This document shows positions 12,094 through 25,169 of a stretch of DNA of 64,000 bases, in pieces. The position numbers were made by a program, and so were the translations under genes. The stretch is taken from the NCBI GenBank assembly GCA_951406725.2, contig OX597824.1:96472001-96536000 (forward strand), given 5' to 3'. The DNA is from Octopus vulgaris (lineage: Eukaryota). Every line of letters starts with the position of its first letter. Positions within the stretch are counted from its first letter, which is position 1. The notes beneath the pieces are model-generated. The model did no database searches and was not told where the DNA came from. It saw only the letters and a program-made list of their open reading frames with translations.

Positions 12094-12208
12094 GGTATAT
12101 CAGCCGAAACGTTGTGTTAACAACAAACAAGATGAGGATAAATATCCGTCAAATGTAAATAATGTAAATAATGTACATAATTCCTTATTTCTTAAATATA
12201 GAATTGTA
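12094..12208 (+). mobile_element. Probable PLE 3' terminus fused to the Dong fragment
   Basis: Begins with a hammerhead 3'-half-like cagccGAAACGTT, then an AT-rich tail with repeated aatgtaaat. Confidence 0.35.
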
Positions 12209-12709
12209 AATATTTTATATTTTACTAATTTATATATATTATGAATCATTTGATATCTAATATAATATTATAAAATTTGTATACAATACTATAATAATAA
12301 AATAAATTCATAGCATCCCCCCAATTCACTGCCTTCCTCCCAACGCCTCCTTTTTTTCTAACGCCCCCTCAGGTACCAGCGCTCACATGGACAGTCTCAA
12401 CACCCACAGGGGCGCTAGCGCCCATTTTGAGAACCTATGTATTAGAAGTGAAAGTTCACTGCAACCATATAAAAAAAAAAAAAAAAAAAAAGATTTATTG
12501 CTGTTTGAGTAGCCAAAGTGGAATTGGGAGATGTACGGAAGAACTTGGGACAGAACTCTTGTAAAATAGAGATCAGTTTTGGTGGAACCTTTAGATGGTA
12601 GACTTATGATAACTATATTAGAAGTCATGGGGCCACTGGTGGCGCTGGCCGTACCCGTTGTTATAATGGTAAGGTTAACGCTACCGTTACCATCTTCCTG
12701 CTGATGTTA

Positions 12710-12816
12710 GTGGAGGCGCGTGGCTTAGTGGTTAGGGGATTCGGTGCACGATCATGAGGTCGGGAGTTCGATTCCAGGTGGCGCGTTGAGTCCTTGAGCA
12801 AGACACTTTATTTCAC
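12710..12816 (+). mobile_element. 5' half of tRNA-derived CORE-type SINE
   Basis: A box tggcttagtgg, B box gagttcgattcc, CORE-like gtccttgagcaagacacttta. Confidence 0.8.
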
Positions 12817-13275
12817 ATGTAAGGCGCTCAACCGTCCCTACCAACCGGACACTGCGGCTGCTGGCATCTTAATGTTTTTATTCTATTGGAAGTTAGTCGT
12901 AGATAAGAGTCGAGTCTGGAGGAGTCTTTAGGCATCGATGTGAGTCAAGAGAATCGCCTAATGCGGAGGACTTCCAGCCGGGCGATTCTGGAAACGATTC
13001 TGATATAATGTGTCCTGGCAGTGCTTCCAGAAGAGTGTTGCTTGTTTACAGGGCTAGTCTGTCCGTTTGCCTGCATGTCTGGTCATGTGAGGCTTGTGGG
13101 GGGGGGGAGGGTTAGGAGGGAAGACGAAGTAGAAGCCAAACAGTAAGAAAGGAAAAAAAAGAGGAGGAAGAAAGAAGATGAGAAAGAAGATTAAATACAC
13201 AATCAGGTGTGGCAAATAAAACCAGAATATACTATATTACAACGACGACTACAGCAACAACAACAATAATAATGA

Positions 13276-13312
<37 letters not shown>

Positions 13313-13884
13313 GATAATAATAATAATAACAACAACAACCACAACAAGAGCAAGAACAATATTAATAGTAATCTTTCAACTCTGTCTCGGTCCATTCTGT
13401 GTAAATCTCAAACTGAAATTTGATGCCAACGTCTTCTCTTACAGGTAAATTAATCTAGACTTCACACCTGCAACGGTGTCTTGCTGGGATGGACGATGGT
13501 GGTTTGCTGGTGGTCGTGGCGGTGGTGGTAGTGGTAACTGATGGTGGTAGCGGCGATGGTGGTACTAATAATGATGATATCGGTGGCGGTGGTATTGGCG
13601 GCGTAATGGTGGTGGAGGTGTGATGGTGGTGGTGGCATTGGTTGTGGTAGTTATGGTGGTGATGATGGTGGCGGATACAAGACCAATGGCAGAACTATCT
13701 GTTAGTGGACAGTGTTGGTTGTGGTTGTGGTTGTGGCAACCTATAAACATACAGACACAAGAAGCCGCTACGAAGCAGCCTGACCAGCTAAAAATAGAGA
13801 CCAAATCTCTCTCACGTCATACACTATGTCATAGGTGGGGAAGACACCGGATGATATAGTACTCGGTACACTGTGTCTAGTGAA

Positions 13885-13955
<71 letters not shown>

Positions 13956-14511
13956 GATAATTGCTGAGAAATATTGTCTCTGCATGAAACCATTGGTAGC
14001 CTTGTTAACCCACAAATAAGGAATATTCATCCACTAATGCAGTGTTGAGCATTTATTCTCACTATTCGATAGTAGCGTTACACACACATACACACACAGA
14101 TGCATACACACATGCATACATACATACATGCATACATAGATACATACATACATATATACATGCATACATACTTACGCGATATAGAAAACTTGAGCTTGCT
14201 AAAAAAACAAACAAAGAATAAATAAACAAAAACTAAACTTGAACGTCTCAACTGCGTTTACCATCTTTTGATGTATAGTTGTATAGTGGACAGGAGGAGA
14301 ATGTTAGAGAGTTGAGAGCCATGAAGAAGAAAGGGGGAAGAAATGAAGACCCAATAAGGGTAAAAAAAGAACAGGGTCACCAAAGGAACAAGAATATTGC
14401 TAACAACATTTTTGCAGTAACGATCCTGATAGCTGCAATTTGGTTTTTTGAATTGGTCACTACAAGATCTGAATGAAATAGATATAAGAATTCGGACACT
14501 GCTTTGTGTTA

Positions 14512-15453
14512 TTCTAAGATCCAGAAGGTCGTCAATGAAGTGGTTGACCGGACATGCCTTCAGTCAGATCAACTGGCTGTCATCCAATGGGCGGGAAAGA
14601 ATAATATTCTGCTGAACGAGGACAAGTTTGAGTTAATCCACTTCGGAAAAGAGGATACCCCGAAACTCCCATACTCCCTTCCTTCAGGTGAAATTCTTAT
14701 GGTATCCAACAACATCAGAGACTTGAGAGTAATTGTGGACAACAACATAAGCTGGGTCACTCATTTAACAGGAAAGTTGACATGGCCCGCAGAATGTGGT
14801 CCTTGATTCTCAGAACTTTCTAATCGAGAGATATCCACACCATTATCCTTCTCTTCTCTACTTTTGCCCGACCCCACCTTGAATATTTTTGTCCACTGTG
14901 GTCTCCCCACACAAAACAAAGTATCATAACTGAAGCACCTTAAAGGTCAATTACAAAAAAGGTAGATGGCATGACAGGCCTTGACTATTGGGGGTCGGCT
15001 AGAAAAGCTCAAGCTTTATTCTCTCCAACGCCTCCGTGAGGGCTACATCATCTGCATGATGTGGGAAATATTCCATCAGCATTGCCCAAATAATGTTGGC
15101 ATCGCCTTTCAGATACACCCAAATCTTGGGTCCCGTGCTATCCGCCCACAACAAGAATCATACTCGTATCACATAACAACAATACGGCACAATTACTTCA
15201 CCTCAATTGGCTCCGCTCTCTTTAACATTACAGGGAGACACATTAGAGCAGAGACAGACCCCATAAAGTTCAAGAAGTCTTTGGACAAATCCCTTCAAAA
15301 AATCCTGAATAAACCTCCTACACCCGGATATGCCTCTGTAAACAATAACTCTCAGCTTGAGTGGGTCATATTGTCCGATTTGAATGATTTTGCCAGGTGG
15401 TGCTATTAAGTTAGACAAGGCCTGGGCCAATACTGGCCGAAACCTGTCAAAGT
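14512..15453 (+). pseudogene. 5'-truncated CR1/L2-group LINE (RT C-terminus and 3' end)
   Basis: LQSD..VIQWA..N.ILLNEDKFELIHFG...IRDLRVIVDNNISW / RPHLEYFCPLWSP / LDYWGRLEKLKLYSLQRLRE, typical CR1 ORF2 motifs, with frameshifts. Confidence 0.85.
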
Positions 15454-16052
15454 ATATATATATAAAAATGCACACGGCCGTTCGATCTGCTGGTAATAAG
15501 AGTCAAATTCTCTCAGCCCTCCCTCCCTACAAAGGTAAAGGACATGCATTAGACAATATATTTCTTGACATTCTTTATAAATGATAGGATGGTCATGGCT
15601 GGGGTGTCTCTGACAATAAGTCTGAACTATTAGTGCTGATCAGGGATTGAAGGAACAACAAAACATAGAAAAAAAAAAGAAAAAAAGAAACGTAAATCTG
15701 TTCGCTGATTGAATCCGGAAGTAAACGCCCCCTCGCTCAGTAGCGCCCCTTACAATTATCTAAACAAAACAATATAACAAATTCTAAAATAATACAAACA
15801 ATAAATAAATCTATGTAAATGCAAATAAAATAGGTGGAATAATGTGGTCAGCGGATTATAGCAACAACAACAACAACAATAACAAGAAGAAGAAGAAGAT
15901 TATTGATAATGGCAATAACAGAGTAATAACAACATTGAAAATAAGTAATAACAACGGTAATAACCACGACAACATCAACAATAAAAGTAATGATGAACTC
16001 AACAATAGACATCCAAAACAACAACAAAAACATCAGCAATGGCAACAACAGT

Positions 16053-16083
<31 letters not shown>

Positions 16084-16393
16084 TCAACAGTTATAACAAT
16101 AATATCAACTCAATAATAACAACAGCAACAACAACAATAACAGCCACAATGGTAACAACCACGCCCCGTCCCATTCATTGCCGAGTCTCGTTTCTGTTTC
16201 TTTTATTTAATCTTTCTTCTCTTTTTAAACATACTATAACGCCGTCCCCGCCACGACCATCACTCGACGATGACGACGACCACCACCACCACCACCATAG
16301 CTTGAAGTAAAAGTTAACAAGGGTAGAAAAACTATATAAGCTATTTTCATAAATCAGTAGACCCGAGTCTGTACTATATATATATGCATATAT

Positions 16394-16487
<94 letters not shown>

Positions 16488-17064
16488 ACATATGGTGATC
16501 TGTGCATTTAATACTTAATAGGTTCCGGCAGATTGGGCATGTGAATATGCCAGTCGCTGGAGTGTTCTTCTTTATGACGAATGTGTGTTGATAAAACACT
16601 CGATTCATTAGCGTAGGGGATCTCTGGGACACCCGGCGTTTCGACATCATCCAGTCTCGTTAGTCAAAGAAAAATCTAAAGATTTGAAAAAAAAAAAGAG
16701 AGTATATACGCATATATCTAAAACACCCTATATTATTGAAATTAATTACTCAGTGAGGCTATCTGCATAGAAATACAATTGTTAAGTTATTGTTAATTTA
16801 ACCAATGGAATTAACATTAATTAGCTATTAGAATTAATTGCTTGATGAGAAAAAGAGAATATTAAACCATGAGTCATGATATTTTAAGAATTTTAGCAAG
16901 TAAGGAAGATAATTAAGCAAAATTTTCTTGTCTGTTGACGACACATATTTATGCATACAAATACATACATACATACATACACACACAAACATACATACAT
17001 ACATACACAAACATACATACATACTTATGTGTGTGCGTGTTTGTATATATATATATGTATATTG

Positions 17065-17300
17065 CACCTTGGGCAAGTGTCTTCTACTATGGCCTCGGGC
17101 CGACCAAAGCCTTGTGAGTGGATTTGGTAGACGGAAACTGGAAGAAGCCCGTCGTCTATGTATATATATATATATATATATATGTAAAAGAGACCGATAG
17201 AATAAGTACTAGGCTTACAAAGAATAAGCTCTGGGGTCGATTTGCTCGACTAAGGGTGGTGCTCCAGCATGGCCGCTGTCAAAATGAATGAAAAAGAGTA
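17065..17300 (+). mobile_element. CORE-type SINE, 5'-truncated, with internal (TA)n
   Basis: caccttgggcaagtgtcttctactat CORE-like block; 3' part gataagtact...ccagcatggccgc. Confidence 0.75.
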
Positions 17301-17302
17301 AT

Positions 17303-17550
17303 TTACCGAAAAATTAGGGAATGGAGTCGATAGAATCTCGGCTACGTATGTTTCTGTGTATTCTGATCGAATCCTTGCAAGTGAACACATCCCTAACGAC
17401 ACTATAAACTCATGCAACCAAGCTAACCTTTGCCTGAAGAGTAGCTTGCAGTCTTCCGCCCCCTCGTTTGGGCAATTACTACCTCCGAGATTCCTCTGTG
17501 AAACAAATGTAGCCTGGATTTTATCTACTCCATTCCCTGATTTTAGGATA
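17303..17550 (+). mobile_element. PLE pLTR fragment with inverted 5' partial copy and HHR-like motif (17431-17514)
   Basis: About 17303-17354 is an inverted copy of about 17500-17550; CTGAAGA...GAAACAAATGTA-gcc; homologous to 25873-25980. Confidence 0.65.
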
Positions 17551-17756
17551 TTTATTCATACATAGAGCAATCCCGGTTGCTAACCGCGAACTATAAAACA
17601 ACCGTTTTTCAGCTTATCCTACTTCGATACAGGAAAAATTCAAAACCTTCTGCGCCAATAAACCATTATTATTCCCGAAAGTTTTTCTTTTTATATATCT
17701 ACTACGGATTGCTTCAAGCTTACTATCTTCCTACACCTTGATCCTTGGATCTTACC

Positions 17757-17819
<63 letters not shown>

Positions 17820-17838
17820 GCAAACACACATACATACG

Positions 17839-17890
<52 letters not shown>

Positions 17891-17919
17891 ACATATGCAT
17901 ATATGTATATATGCATGTA

Positions 17920-17971
<52 letters not shown>

Positions 17972-18010
17972 TCTCTTTCAGTATACACATATACGCACAT
18001 ATGCACATGT

Positions 18011-18046
<36 letters not shown>

Positions 18047-18189
18047 GCAAGCATATGCTTATACATGTACGCCACCTGTAGCCCACTTGAATTAAAACAG
18101 CGTTAACAACCAGAATCACAGCCATCTTCCCACTAACACCGCCACCGCCCACAACCAACATCTCAATCACCACTACTATATCATCATCA

Positions 18190-18244
<55 letters not shown>

Positions 18245-18632
18245 TAACTGCTGCTGCTGCTACTACTTCAACAATAAAGTATGCTAACTATAATCCTGTA
18301 TTTACAGACCCCAATTCATCCGGGGTCAATCAACCGTCCCATACTTATACAAATGTCCCCCAGTCAAACCGCTCCACTCCTCTTCAGCTACTCCTCCTCC
18401 TTTAGACGGCCGGTAAGCATTGTTTGTGGTCAGTTTGTTATTACCTGAGTAGATAAGATGGCGTTACAGACACACACACACTCACACACACACACACGCA
18501 TGAGCACACACACACCACCCATTCTCACCGATATTTTAGCTTTTCAATAGCAAAGTGTAAATTGTATCAGCGTCCATGCGTACGTCAGTGTGAATTTGTG
18601 TGTGTAATACCACACACACATACACATATATA

Positions 18633-18797
18633 GGTGCAGGCGTGGCTATGTGGTAAGAAGCTTGGATCCCAACCACATGGTTCCGGGTTCAGTTCCACTG
18701 CGTGCCACCTTGGGCAAGTGATTTCTACTACAGTCTCGGGTCGACCAAAGCTTTGTCAGTGGATGTGGTAGACGGAAAACGAAATAATTCCGCAGTT
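18633..18797 (+). mobile_element. CORE-type SINE, tRNA head plus CORE
   Basis: gtggctatgtggt (A box), gggttcagttcc (B box), caccttgggcaagtg. Confidence 0.8.
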
Positions 18798-18835
<38 letters not shown>

Positions 18836-18837
<2 letters not shown>

Positions 18838-19355
18838 CGTGGTCTGATCAATAATTATCCAGACTGTTGCCATAGTAATGAAGCTAAAGCATGCAGAATA
18901 AAGCCGCTTGAACTCTGCTGTGCACGTGCATTAAGTTTTAACGTTCTAGCTCACTTCTGCTGTTTACAGCAGTGCTTGGAAGGAACGTGTGTAGCGTGTG
19001 ATCATCGCACTGACCGTGACAGAGAAAGTTGAGCAGAGAATCTGTATCAAACTTTGCCAAAAGCATGGCGATACTCGCTCAGAGGCCTACGCAAAGTTTT
19101 CAAAAAAGTCTTCATTGTTCTCGACGCAATCAAGGAGATCTTGTGCAACTGAAACCCGAGTGTCTTTTTGGTCAACTGAAAGCAGTTTTGGCACAAACTT
19201 GGCAGACACACGTCTTATACCCAAATCTTCAGTGATAATGGACTGAACTGAACCGTAACTAATCTGCACATCCTCTGATAGCTCATGGATGACGATTCGA
19301 AGACGATTTCCCCTCGCAGCTGCACGCACATCTACGATGTTTTTTCTCAGTTCTG
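18836..19355 (+). mobile_element. Mariner transposon 5' fragment with internal inversion
   Basis: TA plus TIR-like cgtggtctgatcaata; plus strand TEKVEQRICIKLCQKHGDTRSEAYAK; minus strand 19107-19355 IHELSEDVQISYGSVQSIITEDLGIRRVSAKFVPKLL (mariner HTH and WVPxxL-like motif). Confidence 0.85.
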
Positions 19356-19356
19356 C

Positions 19357-19402
<46 letters not shown>

Positions 19403-19403
<1 letters not shown>

Positions 19404-20169
19404 TAAGAGGATAATTCTATAACTTCGTTAAGCCGAAGAACAAAAATAGAAATAGGACTGCAGCTGGAAGTGCTCAGGTGACACCGAGGTATAATGAATA
19501 AACATTCTAATCAGTCTAAACAACTTTATATCATAACCAAATGATCAAAAATCGAATATAATCATATATTACAAAAATAGGGTACCCAATGGTAAAACCC
19601 AACAGTATAAAATATACACATATACACGAATAAAAGGTGATAAAAGCTAAAAGGGTAATACGGGTGATGTAGAATGAAGAAAAATATATGGAATAAATTC
19701 ATGCATAATAAAGGCGACTGAGAATGTAAGGCGCTAAAATAGAATAATATAAATATATAAAAATACAAGAGTATAAATATAAAAAAATAAAGTGTATGGT
19801 AACCAGAACAGAGTCCATTCAAGCCCATCTCTACGATCGTTTCAAAGGATTCTGCTTCACATCGTTAATGTATAATCCATTAAGGAAATCCAAAAGCAAC
19901 ACCTTTTCATCAGGAGAAAACTTAGAAAGGCTTCACATTTCTGGTTATCACATTGTTCAGTTATCACATTGTTGAATTGAATCATGTGATAACCAGAAAT
20001 GTGAAGCCTTTGTAAGTTTTCCTCCTGATGAAAAGGTGTTGCCTTCGGATTTCCTTAATGGATTCTACATTAACGATTAACCATTGGGGGCCCTATTGTT
20101 ATTTTAATATATTTATATTCGATCTTTGATAATTTGGGATAGACCGATTGGAATGTTTATACCTTTCAA

Positions 20170-20172
<3 letters not shown>
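19403..20172 (-). mobile_element. PLE pLTR-derived fold-back element between (TA)n tracts
   Basis: Inverted arms 19861-19953/19984-20077 and about 19497-19595/20078-20162; canonical HHR on minus strand; homologous to 29325-29645. Confidence 0.7.
19828..19917 (-). ncRNA. Type I hammerhead ribozyme, canonical core, extended stem II
   Basis: Minus strand tctc-CTGATGA-aaagg...ccttt-GAA-acgatcgt-A-gaga; all core positions intact, palindromic stem III, GUA cleavage triplet. Confidence 0.8.
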
Positions 20173-20232
<60 letters not shown>

Positions 20233-20243
20233 CATCATTATCA

Positions 20244-20504
20244 TCACGTGACCGACCAGGCAATCAGATGTTGCTGCACATCACTGGTCACAATGCGCTT
20301 CGCATTGTTTTAGCCTTCAAATGACGCCACTCCGCTGGCTAAGCGAGCAGGCCAACAGAAGGAAGAGTGAGAGAAAGTTGTGGCGAAAGAGTACAGCAGG
20401 GATCGACACCATCCCCTGCCGGAGCCTCGTGGAGCTTAAGGTGTTTTCGCTCAATAAACACTCACAACGCCCGGTCTGGGTATCGAAACCGCGATCCTAC
20501 GACC
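20244..20504 (-). mobile_element. tRNA-derived SINE (OR-like subfamily), 5'-truncated
   Basis: Minus strand ggtcgtaggatcgcggtttcgatacccagaccgggcgttgtgagtgtttattgagcgaaaacac parallels the head and CORE of 12710-12816. Confidence 0.6.
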
Positions 20505-20578
20505 CAGTTTTAATAATTGCTCCTCTTGCTAGCCTAGTGCCAAAATTTACTCCCCTAGCAAGTTCATTATTATTATTC

Positions 20579-20786
20579 TGAGCTGGCAGAATCGTTAGCA
20601 CGCCATGCATAATACTTGTCGGCATTTCGCCATGTCTTTATGTTCTGAGTTCAAACTCCGCCGAGGTCGACTTTACCTTTCATCATTTCGGGGTCGATAA
20701 ATTAAGTACCAGTTGCGTACTGGGGTCGATCTAATCGACTACCTCTTCCCTAAAATTTCAGGCCTTGTGCCTATAATAGAAAATAT
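20579..20786 (+). mobile_element. Meta-like tRNA SINE
   Basis: Homologous to 27361-27597. Confidence 0.85.
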
Positions 20787-20844
20787 TCTTCTTCTTCTTC
20801 TTCTTCTTCTTCTTCTTCTTCTTCTTCTTCTTCTTCTTCTTCTT

Positions 20845-20875
<31 letters not shown>

Positions 20876-20881
20876 TTCTTC

Positions 20882-20927
<46 letters not shown>

Positions 20928-21170
20928 GAAAGACTCTCGGACAGTTCTTAATTACCAGTTGTTCTTTACTTGAAAGCAGGCAATAACAAACCACCAAAGG
21001 TTTCAAGTAGAGCCTTCTCCTGTGACTCAAAGAGACAATACTCTCCTTAGAATGCGATCTGTCCTCAACAATGCCGTCTTCTGGATCACTTCGATCCTGA
21101 CAGCGGCTCCAATATTCTTTAATGTTTCTCAAAGTTCTTGGAAACCGCTTCCAATGCTCCAGTTACCATT
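20928..21170 (-). pseudogene. R4/Dong LINE extreme 3' end with (TAA)n/(GAA)n tail
   Basis: Minus strand VTGALEAVSK / NIGAAVRIEVIQKTALLRTDRILRRVLSL*, homologous to IVGALG...IQKIALLGTAHILRRTLS at 53780-53919. Confidence 0.75.
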
Positions 21171-22453
21171 ACTTTCCTCATGTCCCGTAACTTTTCCTAT
21201 CTCGTCCCTCAGTGCTTGGCGTAATTATTAGTTGTAGTTGTAATAATAGTATTGTTGTTATTGTTGTTGATTCTGTTCTTGTTCTTTTTTTCTCTGAAGT
21301 GCGTAGGATATAAGAGGGAGGGAGGGAGGGAGGGAGGGAGAAAGAGAGGGAGAGAGAGGAATTCCAGTGGTTAATAACAAGCCTGAAATAGTTTAGCATT
21401 TCCAAGTTTGTCTGGAATGATGTTAGTGTTCCTCCGTTTATGACATCGGTTACTATGTATGCAGAGGCATGCGGGTGTGTGTGTGTGTGTGTGTATGAGA
21501 ATATGTATGCAGAGGCATATGTGTGTGTGTGTGTGTGTGTGTGTATGACAATATATAATGTGTGTACGTATGTGGATATTTATCTGTCTGTACAGTGTGT
21601 ACATGCATAATACAGACACACATACACCACACACACACACAATACATATATAAACATATAAAGATGAGTGCATATAAGGTGTTTGTACGTATGTTTATCT
21701 GTGTGTGTGTGGCTATATATATATATATATCACACACATACACACAAACACACATATAAGTATATATATATATATCTGTCACACACACACACACATATAT
21801 ATATATATGCACACACACATACACAGACACTTCTATAAACACACATACAAAATACTCTCAAATAAACGGATACATCAACACGTTTCACCACACATCAACG
21901 CACCCCAGAAGCACACACACACACACACACACAATACACACACACACTTACGCACAGAGGCACACGCACGCACTCATAGACGCATTCACACACACACACA
22001 CGCTCGCTTAAACACCCTCCTACAACTGCGACACCTACCCCCTCCCCCGCACCAGAACCAACGGCAGGATCCCCTTCCGCCCCCCATCTCCCCCCTAGTC
22101 ACAGACGCCTTTCCAAACCATTTAGCGGTAATTGTTCTCATTGAGGCCCCTACAAGCACGAAATGTCACTGTTTATTCCTTTTTCCTGGCGCATGCGAGG
22201 CACGAAAAGCCTATTACATCACTTCCGGTGTGAAAACTGCCTCAGCATCAAACATTTTCAGACTTGCATTTTTTTTGGCATCTTCATCGGTTTTTTAGGT
22301 TTTCGTTATATTTGTTCTTTTTAAAATTCATTCTTTTTTTTTATAATTTTGCTTTGTTATCTTTTTTTCTTTTCTTTTAAATAATGTTTATCTTTTATTT
22401 TGTTTCAATATTTTAATTATATTTCCTTTCCGCAATAAAATTTTTTCGTATGT

Positions 22454-22528
<75 letters not shown>

Positions 22529-22802
22529 TGTATGAGTGCATGCGTGCACGCATGTGTTTGTGTATACGTATATATATGTATATTTATATATATATATATA
22601 TACATATATATGTATATATATATATATGTATACACATATTTATGAATGTATGTATATATATATATATATATATATATCTGTGCATATATATACATATATA
22701 TATATATATACATGCACACACACACACATATATATGTATATATGTATATATATATGTATATACATATATATATATATATGTACATATATACATATATACA
22801 TA

Positions 22803-22842
<40 letters not shown>

Positions 22843-23469
22843 TAGATTTATACACATAGCCATAAATCCAACCGAAACTTTAATTTGAGGCAAAAGTATT
22901 TGTATAAATACAATTCGACCACAAAATTACCGGAAAATGTGAATTGTACGGAAAATCGGTTCTTCCGGACGACATGACACGAAAAGTGAGAAGACGGGAT
23001 GAAGCTGAAATCGGGATTAAATTGGTGAACAGACAGCAACTGTTTCTCTCTGTCTGTTTATGAGTGTATCTTTCTATGTACCTATATCACTGCCTGCCTG
23101 CCTGTTTGCCTTTCTGCCTGCCTGTTTGTTTTTTCTAATGTGTGTGGGTGTTCATGTTTTTGTACGATAGTACGTGTTCTGATATGCAAATAACAATTTT
23201 TAAGAACTCAATACTGGGGTAAAAGAGTAAGCTATTTAAATTTAGAGCAAGTTCTAAGAAGGGAACTAGATTTCGATCGACTGCGGCTTTATTTGCAGAA
23301 TTATCAAAATTTTAATAATTATCACTTTTAAAATTATTGTTTATACACCCTGCAAGTGTAAGAATGGTTGTGGAGAATAATGTGTGGAAGGGTGGAAGAA
23401 TGGCGAAAGGGGTAAAGATTCGGGTCTTTTACAGTGTCATGAAAACTTTTAAGTTTTCATAAAAAAATA

Positions 23470-23788
23470 TACATACGTACGTACATACGTACATACATAC
23501 ATACGTACATACAAACATACATACAAACATACATACATAAATAATACATACAAACATGCATACATACATACATACATACATACATACATACATACATACG
23601 TACATACAAACATACATACGTACGTACATACACACATACATACATACATACATACATACATACATACATACATACATACATACATACATACATACATACA
23701 TACATACATGCATGCATACATACATACATACATACATACAAACATACATACATGCATGCATACATGCATACATACAAACATACATACA

Positions 23789-23824
<36 letters not shown>

Positions 23825-23835
23825 TATATGTATGT
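23470..23835. repeat. (TACA)n microsatellite; similar long (TATG)n arrays at 24170-24330 and 32348-32628
   Basis: Direct reading. Confidence 0.95.
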
Positions 23836-24796
23836 GTGTGCGTGTGTGTGTGTGTGTGGTGGATTTATGTAATAGGTATAGGATGGAAAAACACACCACA
23901 AGCGCAGAAACACGTGTAGCATTGATTAATATTATCTTCTTTCCACACAGACTAATAACAAGTAAGGTATATATATATATATATTTAAATATTTGATAAA
24001 TAAGCTTTTTAAATAATTTTATTCAGCACATCCGCCTCACAGATTCACACCCTTATTGCAGTGGTTCTTTAGTTTTTCTAAGCCCTGTGAAAGAACTCGG
24101 AAGGTTGGGCCTCCAATCAAGCGTTTCACAATACCCTTAAAGTCAGGAACTATTCAGCATCCGTCGTGTGTATGTTTGTATGTATGTATTTGTATGTATG
24201 TATGTATGTATGTATGTATGTATGTATGTATGTATGTATGTATGTATGTATGTATGTATGTATGCATGCATGCATGCATGTATGTATGTATGTATGTATG
24301 TATGTATGTATGTATGTACGTACGTACGTATATATATATATATATACACATGTGTAGTGTGAAGAAATAAAATGGCATTAAATAATATAGATTGAAATGG
24401 AAGTATATGAGTGTTATATCAGCAGCTACACGTTCAGATGCGTACATATATATACACACAGATACATTAATTACCAGACAGCAATCTGTAAAAGATATAT
24501 TAATGACGAGCGCATGTATTTAGATTTTATGGACAACTTTTAGAGAAGTGTCAATAACCTGAACTGTATGGTCAACTGCTAGGCCGTGGTTTATTTAGTT
24601 TGACACGTTTAGCACAGTTTATTCTGACACGTCTTGTAATAGATTTAATGATTAGCAAATGAAACGACGCCAACCTACAGAGTTATTTCGCTTGTTAATT
24701 ATTTCATTTGTTTGACTCAGGTACAAAGCGAGAGGCTTTACAAGACCGTTATTTTCCTTCAATAGTAATACACTCATCCACACTTATATAATCGTA

Positions 24797-24982
24797 TCCG
24801 GGCAAAATGCTGGGTGACGTTTCGTCTGTCTTTATTGAGTTCGAATTCCGCCGAGGTCGACTTTGCTTTTCACCCTTTCAGGGTCGAGGAAATAAGTACC
24901 AATAAGCACCGGGGTCGATGTAATTGAATTTATCTCTTCTCTTAAATGGCTGGCCTTGTGCCAAAATTTGAAACCATTATTA

Positions 24983-24983
<1 letters not shown>
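24797..24983 (+). mobile_element. Meta-like tRNA SINE
   Basis: ttccgccgaggtcgactttgc...gggtcgaggaaataagtacc...ggccttgtgccaaaatttgaaacc. Confidence 0.8.
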
Positions 24984-25017
<34 letters not shown>

Positions 25018-25169
25018 TGTATGTATGTATGTATGTATGTATGTATGTATGTATGTATGTATGTATTTGGTTATAGTTGGAATTTATATAAAAAACAAAA
25101 AAACAGATATGGCTACATTGTGATAGCAATAATAGTTTTATAGCTAACACGGTAACAACGTCGAAAAAT

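Noticed and set aside
12360-12425. CTCF-like cgccccct motifs (also 15726-15750)
   Set aside because: Only partial matches; cannot be distinguished from chance.
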